A stretch of 64,000 bases of DNA from an uncultured Verrucomicrobiae bacterium (GCA_963762565.1 CAVXLD010000012.1:448001-512000); one strand, 5' to 3'; shown: positions 20,309-31,059, counted from the first letter of the stretch. Notes: a model not told the origin generated them from the sequence alone. Translations and numbers: made by a program.

Positions 20309-22654
20309 CTATTCGCGCAGCGGCAGCCGCACCCCAATACTCGTCCCCTGGCCAACTACCGTGACCATCTCAAACCCCGCGCCCATGTTTTCCGCCCTGG
20401 CCTGCATATTGGATAAACCAAAACCGTCCCTGTCGGCGTCCCTAGGATTTGCGATCCCGGACCCATCATCGGTGATCTTTAAAAAAAGGTTAGCGGCATC
20501 AGCGCGCAGGCTGACCATGACGACCGTCGGTTTAGCATGCCGAACCGCGTTACTGATCGCTTCTTGAGCGATTCGCAGGAGATTTTCCTGGACCGTGGGC
20601 GGCAGAGTGTCTTCTGTCACCCCTTCTACGCTTAGCTCGCAACGCAACCGGCCGGGAATATTTGAACGCTCGGCTAACTTTTCCATTGCCCGAACCAAAC
20701 CGAATTCCTCGATTACGCTGGGTTGAAAGCTGAAAGCGGAGCGACGCGCTTCCGCTAATCCGAATTGGGCCAATTCAATTGCGCGTTCAACATAGTTCAG
20801 CGTGTTATTCCCACCTCGTTCCATCACCTTTTTGGCTGCTCCTAATTGCATGGAGATGCCCGTAAACAACTGAGCCAGGGAGTCATGGATCTCTCCTACC
20901 AGCTCGTTACGTTCCGCTAGAACAGCAGATTGTCGTGCCCCCTTGGCCAATCGGGTAAGTTGTATAGCCAGGCTAGCCTGAGTCGCCAGCGCCCTGGCGA
21001 TTTCGATTTCTTCGGGGCGGAATTCACGGTCTTCAGTGAACCGAAAGGTGACGCTGCCAACCAACTGTCCACCTAGATTCAAAGGTATCACTAGCGATGT
21101 CCTCGCACCCAAACCAAGCAGGTAAGTCCTGAATCGGTCAGGAATGTGAGTATTCGGGTCCAAAAGCCGGAGCACGCTAGCCGGCGGTTTCAGTAAATTG
21201 GCTTGGCGCTCATCGAGGGGAACCGTTCGCAATTCCACCGGATATTTGGCTTCCGCCGGGGTCATCACCCGGCCCTGCTGAAATACCAGGTCTAAGGTCA
21301 AAACGTTCTGCTCAAAGTCGCGCAACCTCAAGACAGACGAAGCGGCGCCCAGTTGCCGGGTCATAGCGCCCATGACTTGGCCCAAGAATTCGTCGAGTTC
21401 CGGCACCGAGGCCAACGCATCCAGGCATCCGCGGAGCGCCTCATTCGCTTTGGTAATTTCAGCTACCCGCTCCTGAGCTGCTTTTTCCTTTTCATTGGCT
21501 AAGGCAGTCAGCTGGGCTTGTTCAGCCAGTCTAGCTAGCTCAATTGCTAACGTCGCCTGTTGGGCCAACGAATGAGCGAATTCCAGGTCATCCTGGTCAA
21601 GTTCACGATGACTCGCTATTCGCACAGAGAGCGCACCCACGAGCTGCCGGCCAAAGACCAGGGGTATCAACAAAAGAGCCTGGATCCCGGAGCTGGAAAA
21701 GCGGGCTTGCTGGGCCGGGGTATATTTGAGCCGAGGATCGTGAACCGGGTCGTGATGCAGGAATGGCCGGTTCATCTGGAGCGCAATCCACTCGGGATCG
21801 TCCTTTTCCCAGATACGGGGTTCATGCGCGTTCGGGTGGTCTGCGTGTTCGGCTACCACGACATGCCCCTCCTCACAAACGGAATGCAAATGCGCTGCGC
21901 GTCGTTCAACGTCAATCAACCAGAGAGTAGATGAGTGACCTCCGAGCTGTTCCGTCAGCACCATTAAGACGTGATCAACGAAACTCTGCAGATGCTTGTC
22001 CCGGGCTAGAGCTTCCAGGCTGCGCCTGAGCACCTCATTTGCGCGGGAAAGCTTCAGCGCATGTTCCCGTGCCTCTTCCCTGGAGCGGAGAGCCGCCACC
22101 CCGTAAGCCAGATTATTCGCCAGGTCGGTGTAGTGTTCGATCGTGCTCTCATTAAAAGCATTCGTCTCTCCGGCATAGAGACTGAGGTTACCAATTCGTT
22201 TTCCGTGCGCGATCAACGGAAGGGCAATGCATGAAGCGTATCCGTGAGCGATAGCCTCAGCTCGCCAGGGAGCGATGGTAGGGTCGGTCTGGTTATCTTT
22301 GACCCAGTAAGGTTTACCGGTCCGGAGGGCGATCCCGGTTGGTCCACGTCCTCTTTCGGTTTCGTCGCTCCAGGAAATCTTGGCTTTTTCTACGTAGTCG
22401 CGGCCTTCACCGGCCATCGCCACCGGGCGAACCGTCTTTTCCTGGTCTTCTTCACAATGGCCGACCCAAGCTAACCGAAGCCCACCCACTTCCACTAAAA
22501 TTCGGCAAACGGACTGGAAAAGTTGCAGCTCGTTGTGGGCGTGGACCAGCGCATAGTTACACTGGTAAAGAGTCTTCAGAATACGATTCAGCCGGCCGAG
22601 TTCTTCCTCGTTGCTTGGACCCTTTTGCTTGGGATCGATGTCTGGTTTCGCCAT
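20309..22654 (-). CDS. Cytoplasmic sensor histidine kinase with three GAF domains, HisKA_3 and HATPase_c
   Basis: ERNELVGEIHDSLAQ; QEAISNAVRHA; DDGSG; GFGLSNM; three GAF-like segments. Confidence 0.9.
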   Translation of the reverse strand: MAKPDIDPKQKGPSNEEELGRLNRILKTLYQCNYALVHAHNELQLFQSVCRILVEVGGLRLAWVGHCEEDQEKTVRPVAMAGEGRDYVEKAKISWSDETERGRGPTGIALRTGKPYWVKDNQTDPTIAPWRAEAIAHGYASCIALPLIAHGKRIGNLSLYAGETNAFNESTIEHYTDLANNLAYGVAALRSREEAREHALKLSRANEVLRRSLEALARDKHLQSFVDHVLMVLTEQLGGHSSTLWLIDVERRAAHLHSVCEEGHVVVAEHADHPNAHEPRIWEKDDPEWIALQMNRPFLHHDPVHDPRLKYTPAQQARFSSSGIQALLLIPLVFGRQLVGALSVRIASHRELDQDDLEFAHSLAQQATLAIELARLAEQAQLTALANEKEKAAQERVAEITKANEALRGCLDALASVPELDEFLGQVMGAMTRQLGAASSVLRLRDFEQNVLTLDLVFQQGRVMTPAEAKYPVELRTVPLDERQANLLKPPASVLRLLDPNTHIPDRFRTYLLGLGARTSLVIPLNLGGQLVGSVTFRFTEDREFRPEEIEIARALATQASLAIQLTRLAKGARQSAVLAERNELVGEIHDSLAQLFTGISMQLGAAKKVMERGGNNTLNYVERAIELAQFGLAEARRSAFSFQPSVIEEFGLVRAMEKLAERSNIPGRLRCELSVEGVTEDTLPPTVQENLLRIAQEAISNAVRHAKPTVVMVSLRADAANLFLKITDDGSGIANPRDADRDGFGLSNMQARAENMGAGFEMVTVVGQGTSIGVRLPLRE

Positions 22655-22659
22655 GCAGG

Positions 22660-23307
22660 CTAATCGATTTGAATTAACCCGCGTCCACTAGCGATAGCGA
22701 TCGCTTCGGTCCGACCGATTGCGTCCAATTTCTTTAGAATAGATCGGACATGGTTTTTCACCGTGAACTCGCTGATGTGGAGAGCCTGCCCTATCTCTTT
22801 GTTGCTTTTGCCGAGCGCCATTTGTTTAAGAATCTCAAGTTCGCGCTCGGATAGTTGAGGCTGCGCCATCGAATCGACTAACTTGGCAGCCAGATCTCGT
22901 GGGAGTGAAGACTTTCCGGAATAGACCTCCCGAATGGTGTCGCACACTTGCTCGGGTTCTGCCCCCTTGAGCAGATAGCTTTTCGCTCCCGCGGCCAGCG
23001 CCTTACGTAGGTCTTCAGCTTTGGCCGAGTGCGTCAAAATAATAATGCGGGGACGCGGCCTTTCCGACATCAGCTCAGTCACGACCTCGATCCCGTCTTT
23101 TTTCGGCATCCGCAAATCCAGGATCAGAATATCAGGAGAAAGTTGTCTATAGAGCCGGCAAGCATCATCGCCGTCGTGGGCTTGACCGACCACTTCTAGA
23201 TCTTTTTCAAGCTCAAGAATTGCAGTTAGTCCTTCTCGAACGACCGGGTGATCGTCCGCGATCAGGATCCGTATGCTGTTCTCCGAAGGGTCAGCGGAAG
23301 AGCTCAT
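22660..23307 (-). CDS. NarL/LuxR family response regulator
   Basis: IADDHPVVREG; LSERELEIL; TVKNHVRSILKKL. Confidence 0.92.
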   Translation of the reverse strand: MSSSADPSENSIRILIADDHPVVREGLTAILELEKDLEVVGQAHDGDDACRLYRQLSPDILILDLRMPKKDGIEVVTELMSERPRPRIIILTHSAKAEDLRKALAAGAKSYLLKGAEPEQVCDTIREVYSGKSSLPRDLAAKLVDSMAQPQLSERELEILKQMALGKSNKEIGQALHISEFTVKNHVRSILKKLDAIGRTEAIAIASGRGLIQID

Positions 23308-23670
23308 AAATCGACCGAAAACAGCCCCTGGCAAAGGCCTTAACCGTGCCAGTAGTTAACACCTCTGTCGAGCAATCATATCGTTCTCATCCTCGTACGC
23401 TCTCATCGTACTCGTGCTCGAAATAATCCCTCTTCCCAAGATTATGATCTAGCCCGATTCCGAATTTCTCCCATCGTGCCACGCGTTTAGTCCGAGCCTA
23501 CCCAAAAATCTCGAGCACGAGGACGTCACGAAACCCGATTGGCTATTGGCTATCGGCTATTCGGAGCGAGCCTAAGCGAGTCTCCGTCGGCTAGTTCGAA
23601 AGAACCAAGAAGAACGGTTCTCCTGAGGCATCGATTACCCTCGCCCTGGTGGTAGCGTTTCGCCCACCAA

Positions 23671-24816
23671 ATGAAAACCTTCCTTTCTCAACTTGCCTCT
23701 TTAAACTCACCGCTTTGCGGTGGGGTTGCAGTCGGAACGCTTGCCAGCGATTGGGTAAACGCGGTCAAGAAAATTGTCTTTCTCGGTAGCCTGCTGGGAG
23801 CGCTGTCACCTGGGTTGGCTCAAACCGCAAATGCGCTGCCGCAAAACTTAGTGATCACGACAGTGAACGTCGGAAGTTACCCGATTGGCCTAGTGGTCAG
23901 CCCGGATAGCAGTACCGTTTACGTCGCGAACAGTAGTTCAGGCACGATTAGCGTGATCGACGCAGCGAACAATTATGCGATCAAAGCGACGATCACGTTA
24001 CCAACGAATACCTATCCCGAGTGTCTCGCGATTACTCCGGATGGAACTAAGCTGTACGCAACCAATCATGTGGAACAGGGAACCGTCTCGGTAATTGACA
24101 CCACCCAGCCGACTTATCCGGTCGTCGCGACCTTGAATGTTGGAGCCTACCCCTACGGCTTAGCCGTGACTCCCAATGGAATGGATCTCTGGGTGGCCAA
24201 CCAGGGGAGTACATATGGACAAATTCCAGGCACGATCTCCGTATTTGCTACCGCCACCGGTACTCTCCAGACGACGCTCGAACCTGGTGGGAATCCCTGG
24301 TTGCTCGCCTTTGCAAAACAAGGAGCACAAGCCGACGTGCTCAATTATGCTTCAACCGGCTTTATCCAATCCATCAATTCCACATCATGGACCGTTGGGC
24401 GTTCCGTTGGAGCGGCGGGCCAACTCATCTATCCCGATGGAATGACGACCAATGGCGGCTCGCTCTATATTACAGACGCTGCCAACTATGTCAGCGTGTG
24501 CAATGCGGGCGATGGCGTCCAGACGGTCCAGCTCTTAGCTGTACCGAACGTCTACGATGACTATGAACTGGGCCAACCTGCGGTCACAAAAAACGGAAAA
24601 TATCTTTATGTTCCGTATTATTATAACGCTGGGGCCGAGTCTGCCGGAAACCAGGTCGCCATACTTGAGCTGGCTACCGGCCAGCTCGTAGGTACACCGA
24701 TCACCGTCGGCGATTATCCGTATTGGACCCAGATTTCACCGAACGGACAAACCCTCTACGTCGTTAACGAGATATACGGCACCGGCTCCGTGACGGTGGT
24801 CAATATCACCCCTTAA
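23671..24816 (+). CDS. YncE/YVTN-family beta-propeller protein
   Basis: Repeated VG.YP.GL.V.PDG..VYVAN..SGTISVID blades. Confidence 0.85.
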   Translation: MKTFLSQLASLNSPLCGGVAVGTLASDWVNAVKKIVFLGSLLGALSPGLAQTANALPQNLVITTVNVGSYPIGLVVSPDSSTVYVANSSSGTISVIDAANNYAIKATITLPTNTYPECLAITPDGTKLYATNHVEQGTVSVIDTTQPTYPVVATLNVGAYPYGLAVTPNGMDLWVANQGSTYGQIPGTISVFATATGTLQTTLEPGGNPWLLAFAKQGAQADVLNYASTGFIQSINSTSWTVGRSVGAAGQLIYPDGMTTNGGSLYITDAANYVSVCNAGDGVQTVQLLAVPNVYDDYELGQPAVTKNGKYLYVPYYYNAGAESAGNQVAILELATGQLVGTPITVGDYPYWTQISPNGQTLYVVNEIYGTGSVTVVNITP

Positions 24817-25826
24817 CGAACGCCGGCAACGCTCCGGCAACCGCCGGACCGACAACGCCGGGAACGACGGAGATTCCCGGCGAAGACTGAGCCGCTTCGC
24901 CCGGGTCCTCCAGTCCAGCCTTGCGAAGTGCCGGAGGGTTTCGTCCGCTCCGTCCACTAAGTCCACTCCGTCCACTCGACCCGCCGATCTCCCCGTGCGC
25001 ATTCGCTATTTGCTATTTGCAATTCGAAGCGAGTTCGGCGGCTGCCTAGGCGGCTGCCGGACGAGTCTCCGAAGATGGAGCGGGGACCGCGCCCTCCACG
25101 CGGTCCCCGCTGCCGGGATGTTTTTGTAGCCTTGGGAGTTACAAAAACAGGAAAGGATCTAATCAGTAAAATCGACTCATTCGGTAAAGAAGACGGCAGA
25201 GTGGGGGAGCCGTTGGCATTGAATGCCCAGACTGAGACGGCAGGGGATAACTGCTTGAGCTTATTTAACGATCTGCCTGCCTTGCCGCTGATTTCGCTAA
25301 AAATAGTAAAAAGTTAACTCCTATTGGTTAATAATATCAGCCTTTTCCTCAAAAACAGCGAATCAATCGCAAACGCTGAACAACTTTTTCTTATCGGTAC
25401 GCCGTCGGCCATTAACCGATATCAATCCTTGTTCCAGAACTCAGAGGTCAGCGGATGTCTGAAGAAACTAACCAGACAGGCCCCTAGCCGTTACATAGGA
25501 TCGGGAAGGACCAAAGAAGGTCTAATGACTAGACCAAAACTGTACCATTCAGAAAGCGAACGCATAAGACTTCTCCTCATCTCGCGCTCAATCCATTCCG
25601 TCCTTTTAGGAGCGGTAGCGGTTATACTCGCGATCGGAGATCAGTGTTAGTTGAAGAATGACGTAACCGTCAATCTAAATTCGTGGGGATTTAACAGAAG
25701 ATCGCAAACGCCACAAAGACAGGATTACCGGTAGGCCTCTTTGCGATCCTTGTGACCTTCGTGGATGTGGTTCTTAAGAGGTTGGCGGGTAGGGGAAACG
25801 GCGTGTCGGCGTATCGGCGTGTGGGG

Positions 25827-26120
25827 GAACGAAGTCCAGAGCTGGTGGGGCGAGGCTCCGGAACGGCCGATTGTTGTTAACAATCCCCCGGCGGATTCTG
25901 GTGACATCGTGGGCGAGGCCTATTCGCGGCCGAGCCGGGCCCAGCGCTATGCAGCGGAATCGCGTCCTGGACTAGTCGATCGTGTTTTGGGGTGGCTCAC
26001 CGTGGGATCGGCTCGGCCGCCCATCGGCCTAATCCGTGACAATCGCGGGCAACGCGAGGCGCCCTGTGAAACCTTCGAGTCCAGTCCGGAGCCTCGCCCC
26101 ACCAACGTTGGGCTTCGTTC
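25827..26120. mobile_element. MITE-like double-stem element family A, copy 3
   Basis: Outer IR 25844/26103; inner stem 25926-25937 / 26009-26020; flanked by CACACGCC and TTCGCC tracts. Confidence 0.7.
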
Positions 26121-26215
26121 GCCGTTTCGCCCAATCGCCGGTGCGCCCTTTCGCCCTTTCGCCCACACGCCCACACGCCCACACGCCCACACGCCCACAC
26201 GCCCACACGCCACCC

Positions 26216-26704
26216 CTACCGTTCCGGATATTCTTTTACAAAATCGCTGCTGCTCGACTCGTTAAATGCCACTAGAACCGGCTTGATGCCGGAATCGGAA
26301 GCTGGCTGGGTCGACCATGAACCGTTCCCAGTAAAAGCCAGGTCCCACTCGGCATAGACAGTTCCGGTCACACTACCGTCACCACTCTCATCAATTAAGG
26401 TTAGCCAGCCAACGCAATGGACATCCAAGGTGCCCTGATGCGAACGCGTCACCTTGATGTAGGTAATCACGAAATCGAGCGGATGAGTTGGCTGCGAGCG
26501 AGCTCTCTCCCACGATTTAACCGTGTTGGCTGGTACTGCTGTATAAACTGGTTCAACCCCGAAATAGCAGACGCTGAAAACGTCGTACACCAGTGGTTGT
26601 AACTGCCTTTCCAAAGGCGGTAACCGATCCAGGTTATAAGCGATATCACCCTTAGCTAATAGCGGTGCGAGGACCGCCGCAACAACGATAAACAATCTCA
26701 CCAT
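26216..26704 (-). CDS. Hypothetical secreted protein
   Basis: Signal peptide MVRLFIVVAAVLAPLLAKG; purine-rich RBS-like upstream sequence. Confidence 0.6.
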   Translation of the reverse strand: MVRLFIVVAAVLAPLLAKGDIAYNLDRLPPLERQLQPLVYDVFSVCYFGVEPVYTAVPANTVKSWERARSQPTHPLDFVITYIKVTRSHQGTLDVHCVGWLTLIDESGDGSVTGTVYAEWDLAFTGNGSWSTQPASDSGIKPVLVAFNESSSSDFVKEYPER

Positions 26705-27311
26705 ATTCCCCTTTCCCTCTTTTCATTCTCTTCTCACCAATCACCAATCACGGCGAGCGGGGGAACACGTACGCTGCTATGCAATGATGAACGGCACATC
26801 AATCCCTTCCGAATCTCCTGTCGATCTTGTGCAGCTAAGAGATGGCGCCTGACGGAGGGAGACCCCTTTTCTACACCGAGCTGCGACTCTGCGAATGCGA
26901 GCGGCGTTGCTAACTTCTTACTGCAATAAAACTTAAAATAAATTGACCCAGCTAACCCAACCCTTAACATCCCATCACTTCCCTCTCTTCCGGCAGCCAA
27001 ACTGCCCGTTTTAAAACGCGTAACCGTCTATTCCTTTTCCGCGATTGTCAAGACCCCGGGGCGAAGCCCCAATCCGGGAGGGCGCGCTGCCTGTCCGCCA
27101 TAGCTTTAGCGACGGAGGACCCCCGCGCGCCGCGAGGGCGTGCCATAACGTAAAGATGCATTCTCGTCCGCGACTACAACACATGCTCGCCTTCGTTAAC
27201 AATCCGATGGCTGCCGGACGGGGACGCGATCCCTCCGTTATTTGCAACCCCGATCGACCTCGCTTCAGTCTTTATTACGCCGTGGAATCTGTTTAATAAT
27301 TCGGCAGCGAT

Positions 27312-27662
27312 ATGGTGCAGCCGGTTACAACAGGCAACGCGATGATAAGCGGCTCTCAACGACGATGGAAACGAATTGCCTGTTATTTACCGCTGACGGC
27401 GCTCGCGTTAGAGCTCGTTTGGATCTTCCTACTTTTCATGGCCCTGATTTTCTCGGTCGGAGATACACCCTACGTAAATACCCCCGACAAATCGCGTTTC
27501 TGGGGGTTGCTTTCGGCAGGACCGGCAGCAGTCGGCGTTCTGTTGGGGTTGGTAGTACTCCTGTTGCGCTTCCCAGCTAAGACCGTGGATTGGGTCTTCC
27601 TCTTCCTCGGCATCGCAGGATGCGCCGGCCTCCTCTTCATCTGTACCAACGGAATCTGGTAG
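27312..27662 (+). CDS. Small hypothetical membrane protein (3 TM)
   Basis: Three hydrophobic segments; start uncertain (27312 or 27342). Confidence 0.55.
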   Translation: MVQPVTTGNAMISGSQRRWKRIACYLPLTALALELVWIFLLFMALIFSVGDTPYVNTPDKSRFWGLLSAGPAAVGVLLGLVVLLLRFPAKTVDWVFLFLGIAGCAGLLFICTNGIW

Positions 27663-27804
27663 AAACCAATCGTCCTCGTCCTTCCGACTTTGCCAACGTC
27701 CCGGTTGTGGAGCGCGCCTCGCTTGCGAGGCCGACTTCGAGCGGTTGGCAACATAGAGCATAGGCTTCGTCGGACAGGCTGTCCTCGATGCGGCACTCCA
27801 TCAC

Positions 27805-27970
27805 GCCGATACGCCGAACGCCAAACGCCAAACGCCGAACGCCAAACGCCGAACGCCAAACGCCGAACGCCAAACGCCGAACGCCAAACGCCGAACGCCA
27901 AACGCCAAACGCCAAACGCCAAACGCCAAACGCCAAACGCTAAACGCTAAACGCCAAACGCCAAACGCCG
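27805..27970 (+). repeat. Heptamer tandem tract (AACGCCA/AACGCCG)n, over 20 units
   Basis: Read directly; abuts the stop codon at 27971. Confidence 0.95.
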
Positions 27971-28930
27971 TCACGCGAGTACCTTGAGCCGTCGCAACAC
28001 CCGGTTCATCGCGGTGTAGCCGAAATGGCCTTGCGGAACTATTTCGACGTTCTGGAGATTCCAGGTTTCAGCCAAACGCTCTAACGTCTTCAGCGGCACG
28101 ATCCGATCAAATTCTCCTGCTAACAAATGAATACGGTTCGGATCAACGAGCGGCTTTTGGTCGAAGGGACTTGACAGATGCGCATGTTCCCTGGAAATCC
28201 CGGGCCCAATCAGATACCGGCGCAAGCGTGCCCGAATCGTCAGTGCGGCTGGGCTGTTCCAGATTGCTTCCTCGATATCGACGACCGGCTGTAAAAGAGC
28301 GGCAAACTCAAAATCTTCTTCTAGGGATAAGAGAATAGAGCCGATCCAACCACCGTAACTTGTGGCAATCAGCCCAAAACGATCTGCCCCTCGAGTCCTG
28401 CACAGCTCAAGCAACTGGCGTATTTCTATGACCGCTTGGCGAATGGTCTCTGCGTTTCGAATGAGGTCTGACGTGAGCGCTAGCGCCCCATTAACATATC
28501 CCGCCGGGACCCGAGTGTAATGATAGGGAAGCTGGACGAGGATAGCGTTCCAGCCGTTTTGATTGAAGCGGTGCGCGATACGTTGATACCCGAAGTCGCT
28601 CGCTGACATCAACGCGTGCAGAAAGAATACAGCTGGCGCGGACCATCCTTGGCTCGAAAGAAAGATTCGTGCTCTGGCGATGTCGTTTTGGGCGAACCCC
28701 GATTCGATGGGGCTAGACCAGCTTAACATGCCTCCCTTGACGTCGAGTCCTGTGATGAGTTCCCTGGCGTAATACTGTCGCCGGGAAAGGGGGCGGCAGC
28801 GCTCCAAATAATTAACTAATTCGGCTGGTAGATTGGTCCGATCAGGAAGTCGCCACTGAACAAAGTTGATCAAATGACAGCAAGCGCTATCGACGAGAGT
28901 CGCTGCCAAGAGTCGAGCTTTTCTTACCAT
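27971..28930 (-). CDS. Alpha/beta hydrolase family protein
   Basis: TSYGG nucleophile elbow; GEFDRIVP (Asp); QGH (His). Confidence 0.8.
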   Translation of the reverse strand: MVRKARLLAATLVDSACCHLINFVQWRLPDRTNLPAELVNYLERCRPLSRRQYYARELITGLDVKGGMLSWSSPIESGFAQNDIARARIFLSSQGWSAPAVFFLHALMSASDFGYQRIAHRFNQNGWNAILVQLPYHYTRVPAGYVNGALALTSDLIRNAETIRQAVIEIRQLLELCRTRGADRFGLIATSYGGWIGSILLSLEEDFEFAALLQPVVDIEEAIWNSPAALTIRARLRRYLIGPGISREHAHLSSPFDQKPLVDPNRIHLLAGEFDRIVPLKTLERLAETWNLQNVEIVPQGHFGYTAMNRVLRRLKVLA

Positions 28931-29267
28931 TTTAGTACTTGCCGGCTATCCAGAGAGCCAAAAAGCGGGCTGGACAGGTTCCTACGTATGGGGCAGCCAC
29001 TATGCCCTCAGCCCGTACTAGTAATCAGTAATCAGTAAGCGGTACGCCGGTATCCAGGCAAGAACAGTACTGATTACTGACCAACTTTCCTGACCCCATA
29101 GATCTCATGCTTCCGCGCTTGCCCGACCCCAGATCCTCCTGGCTCCTCTCCTTGAACTCCGCGAACTCCTTGAACTCCTTTTTCCTCCTGAATTCCCTCT
29201 AAATGAGGGAAAAAACGCCGATTCTCTTGAAAAAACGCGGTTCTCTTGTCATAACACACCAATAGCG

Positions 29268-29552
29268 ATGACCAAAACCGAACTCCAAAACGAACTCGCC
29301 ACGGCGACTCAAACCAACAAACGTACGGCTGCCCTGTTCCTAGATACCCTCAGCGGCCTCGCTTATAAAGCCATCAAGAAAGACGGCGAATTCACGCTGC
29401 CGGGCTTCGGGAAACTGGTAAAACAAAAGCGAAAAGCGCGTATTGGTATCAACCCGAAAACCCAGCAGAAGATCAAGATTCCTGCCAAAACCGTCGTTAA
29501 GTTCCGTGTTGCGAAAGCTGCCAAGGACGCAATCCTAGGCGCTAAGAAGTAG
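29268..29552 (+). CDS. hup: HU family DNA-binding protein
   Basis: LPGFGKL..KRKARIGINPKT..IKIPAKTVVKFR. Confidence 0.95.
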   Translation: MTKTELQNELATATQTNKRTAALFLDTLSGLAYKAIKKDGEFTLPGFGKLVKQKRKARIGINPKTQQKIKIPAKTVVKFRVAKAAKDAILGAKK

Positions 29553-29934
29553 CGCAGATCTTTTTAGAAGTGCTCTAACTTAGCGGCGCCGGACAAGCCT
29601 CGCGCAGAGGACGCAAAGGACGCAACGAAAGGCAACGGGAAGGATAAGGCCTGCGGCCAGCGCCTCTGATCATGGCGCCGCTTACCGGTCCCGGCTTCCG
29701 TCGGGACAGATAGCAAATAGCAAAAGGGGGCCGCTCTGCCGCGCCGTAGGCCTTGCGAAAGAGGGCTATTGAGGATTTTCACCAATCACGAATCACCTTC
29801 GACACGCTAAATGCTCGCTCAGGTCAGGCCTTTCACTTTTCACCTTTCACGTTCTCCCTTAGCGCCCTTTGCGTCCTCTGCGCGAGGCTAGTCTAGCGTT
29901 GTTGGCATTGACGGCGCTCCCGGCGTTGCTGGCG

Positions 29935-30369
29935 TTATTCCAGGTACCCCTTGAGCCAACCCAAAACCTGCGGCCATCCCTTGTGGACTTCGCGTGCGGC
30001 TGGCGTTAAGCCGGAGTGAGTCACCCGGACCATGGTGACACCATCGTTTTCGCTCAAATCAAACCGCACAAGAGATTCCGTGGTTTCGCCTTGCCAACTA
30101 GGGTTCCAGGTAAATTCGAGCAACCGTGGGCGGTCAATCCGGGTATACTGGCCGTGGCAGGTAAATTGGTTTCCCCTGGCGACCCCTCGCATAATCCATT
30201 TGCCGCCTACCCGCAGATCGGAATCCATCTCATTAGATTCATAGACGCCTTCGGCGCCCCACCATCGGAGCCGTTCTTCGGGATTCGCAATGGCTTCGAA
30301 AATACGGTCGGCGGATCCTTTAATCGTGATTTCTTCTACAATGGGCTCATCTGTCGTGGTTGGGTTCAT
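29935..30369 (-). CDS. SRPBCC (AHSA1-like) domain protein
   Basis: DLRVGGKW; PRLLEFTW; TMVRVTHSG; GWPQVLGWLK; coupled to the ArsR gene. Confidence 0.88.
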   Translation of the reverse strand: MNPTTTDEPIVEEITIKGSADRIFEAIANPEERLRWWGAEGVYESNEMDSDLRVGGKWIMRGVARGNQFTCHGQYTRIDRPRLLEFTWNPSWQGETTESLVRFDLSENDGVTMVRVTHSGLTPAAREVHKGWPQVLGWLKGYLE

Positions 30370-30716
30370 GGCTTTTCCTTTTTCTGATTCGCTGGTTGTT
30401 CAACGTAGCGTTTGAGGTTGCGCAGGCTCTGGCTCCACAACTGCCGATAATCCTCTAGCCAGGTGTTTACCGTTTCGAGCGGTTTCGGATTCAATTCGCA
30501 GATGCTGGCTGTGCCGGCTTTGTAACTAACGACCAAGCCCGCGGTGCGTAGCAACCGCAGATGCTTAGAGATGGCCGGCCGGCTGGTCTGAAAATTTGCC
30601 GCGATCTCACCAACGGTAAGCGGCCCCTGGCGCAGCAGTTCTAAAATCTCTCTACGCGTCGGATCAGCAATAGCCCGGAACACCGCATCATTTCTGCTAG
30701 CTCGAATCGTAACCAT
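30366..30716 (-). CDS. ArsR/SmtB family transcriptional regulator
   Basis: VFRAIADPTRREIL; SRPAISKHLRLL..AGLV. Confidence 0.92.
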   Translation of the reverse strand: MVTIRASRNDAVFRAIADPTRREILELLRQGPLTVGEIAANFQTSRPAISKHLRLLRTAGLVVSYKAGTASICELNPKPLETVNTWLEDYRQLWSQSLRNLKRYVEQPANQKKEKP

Positions 30717-30756
30717 ACGGTTACTAATACGGTAACCATTCAGTTACAGATGTCAA
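30709..30756 (-). promoter_or_regulatory. Tandem ArsR operators and promoter
   Basis: GTAACC-N4-GGTTAC (30709-30724) and GTAACC-N4-AGTTAC (30732-30747); TTGACA at 30756-30751, N16, TACCGT. Confidence 0.75.
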
Positions 30757-31059
30757 CGACCAGACTAGCCTCGCGCAGCGAACGCAAAGGGAAGAAAGTG
30801 AAAGGTGACAGGTGAAACGTGAAAAGTCCAAATACCGCGAAACAGCGCAAAGAGGGAAGCGTGATTAGTGATTAGTGATTTGTGACCGTGATCGGCCCTG
30901 CGCCGAAACAATTTGTCATCTGCCATTTGTCATGAATCCGCTGGCCGCTACCTTCCACCAATCACCAATCACCAATCACCAATCACCAATCACCAATCAC
31001 CTTTCACGTTCTTCCGTCCCCTCTGCGTCCGTTGCGTCCTCTGCGCGAGGCTCTATTTT

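Noticed and set aside
25075..25650. ORFs of 80 and 108 aa
   Set aside because: No recognisable motifs, weak starts, and the first begins inside a hairpin.
27470..27950. ORFs with AFGVWR/TPNAKR repeats
   Set aside because: They are translations of the heptamer tract, with no evidence of coding.
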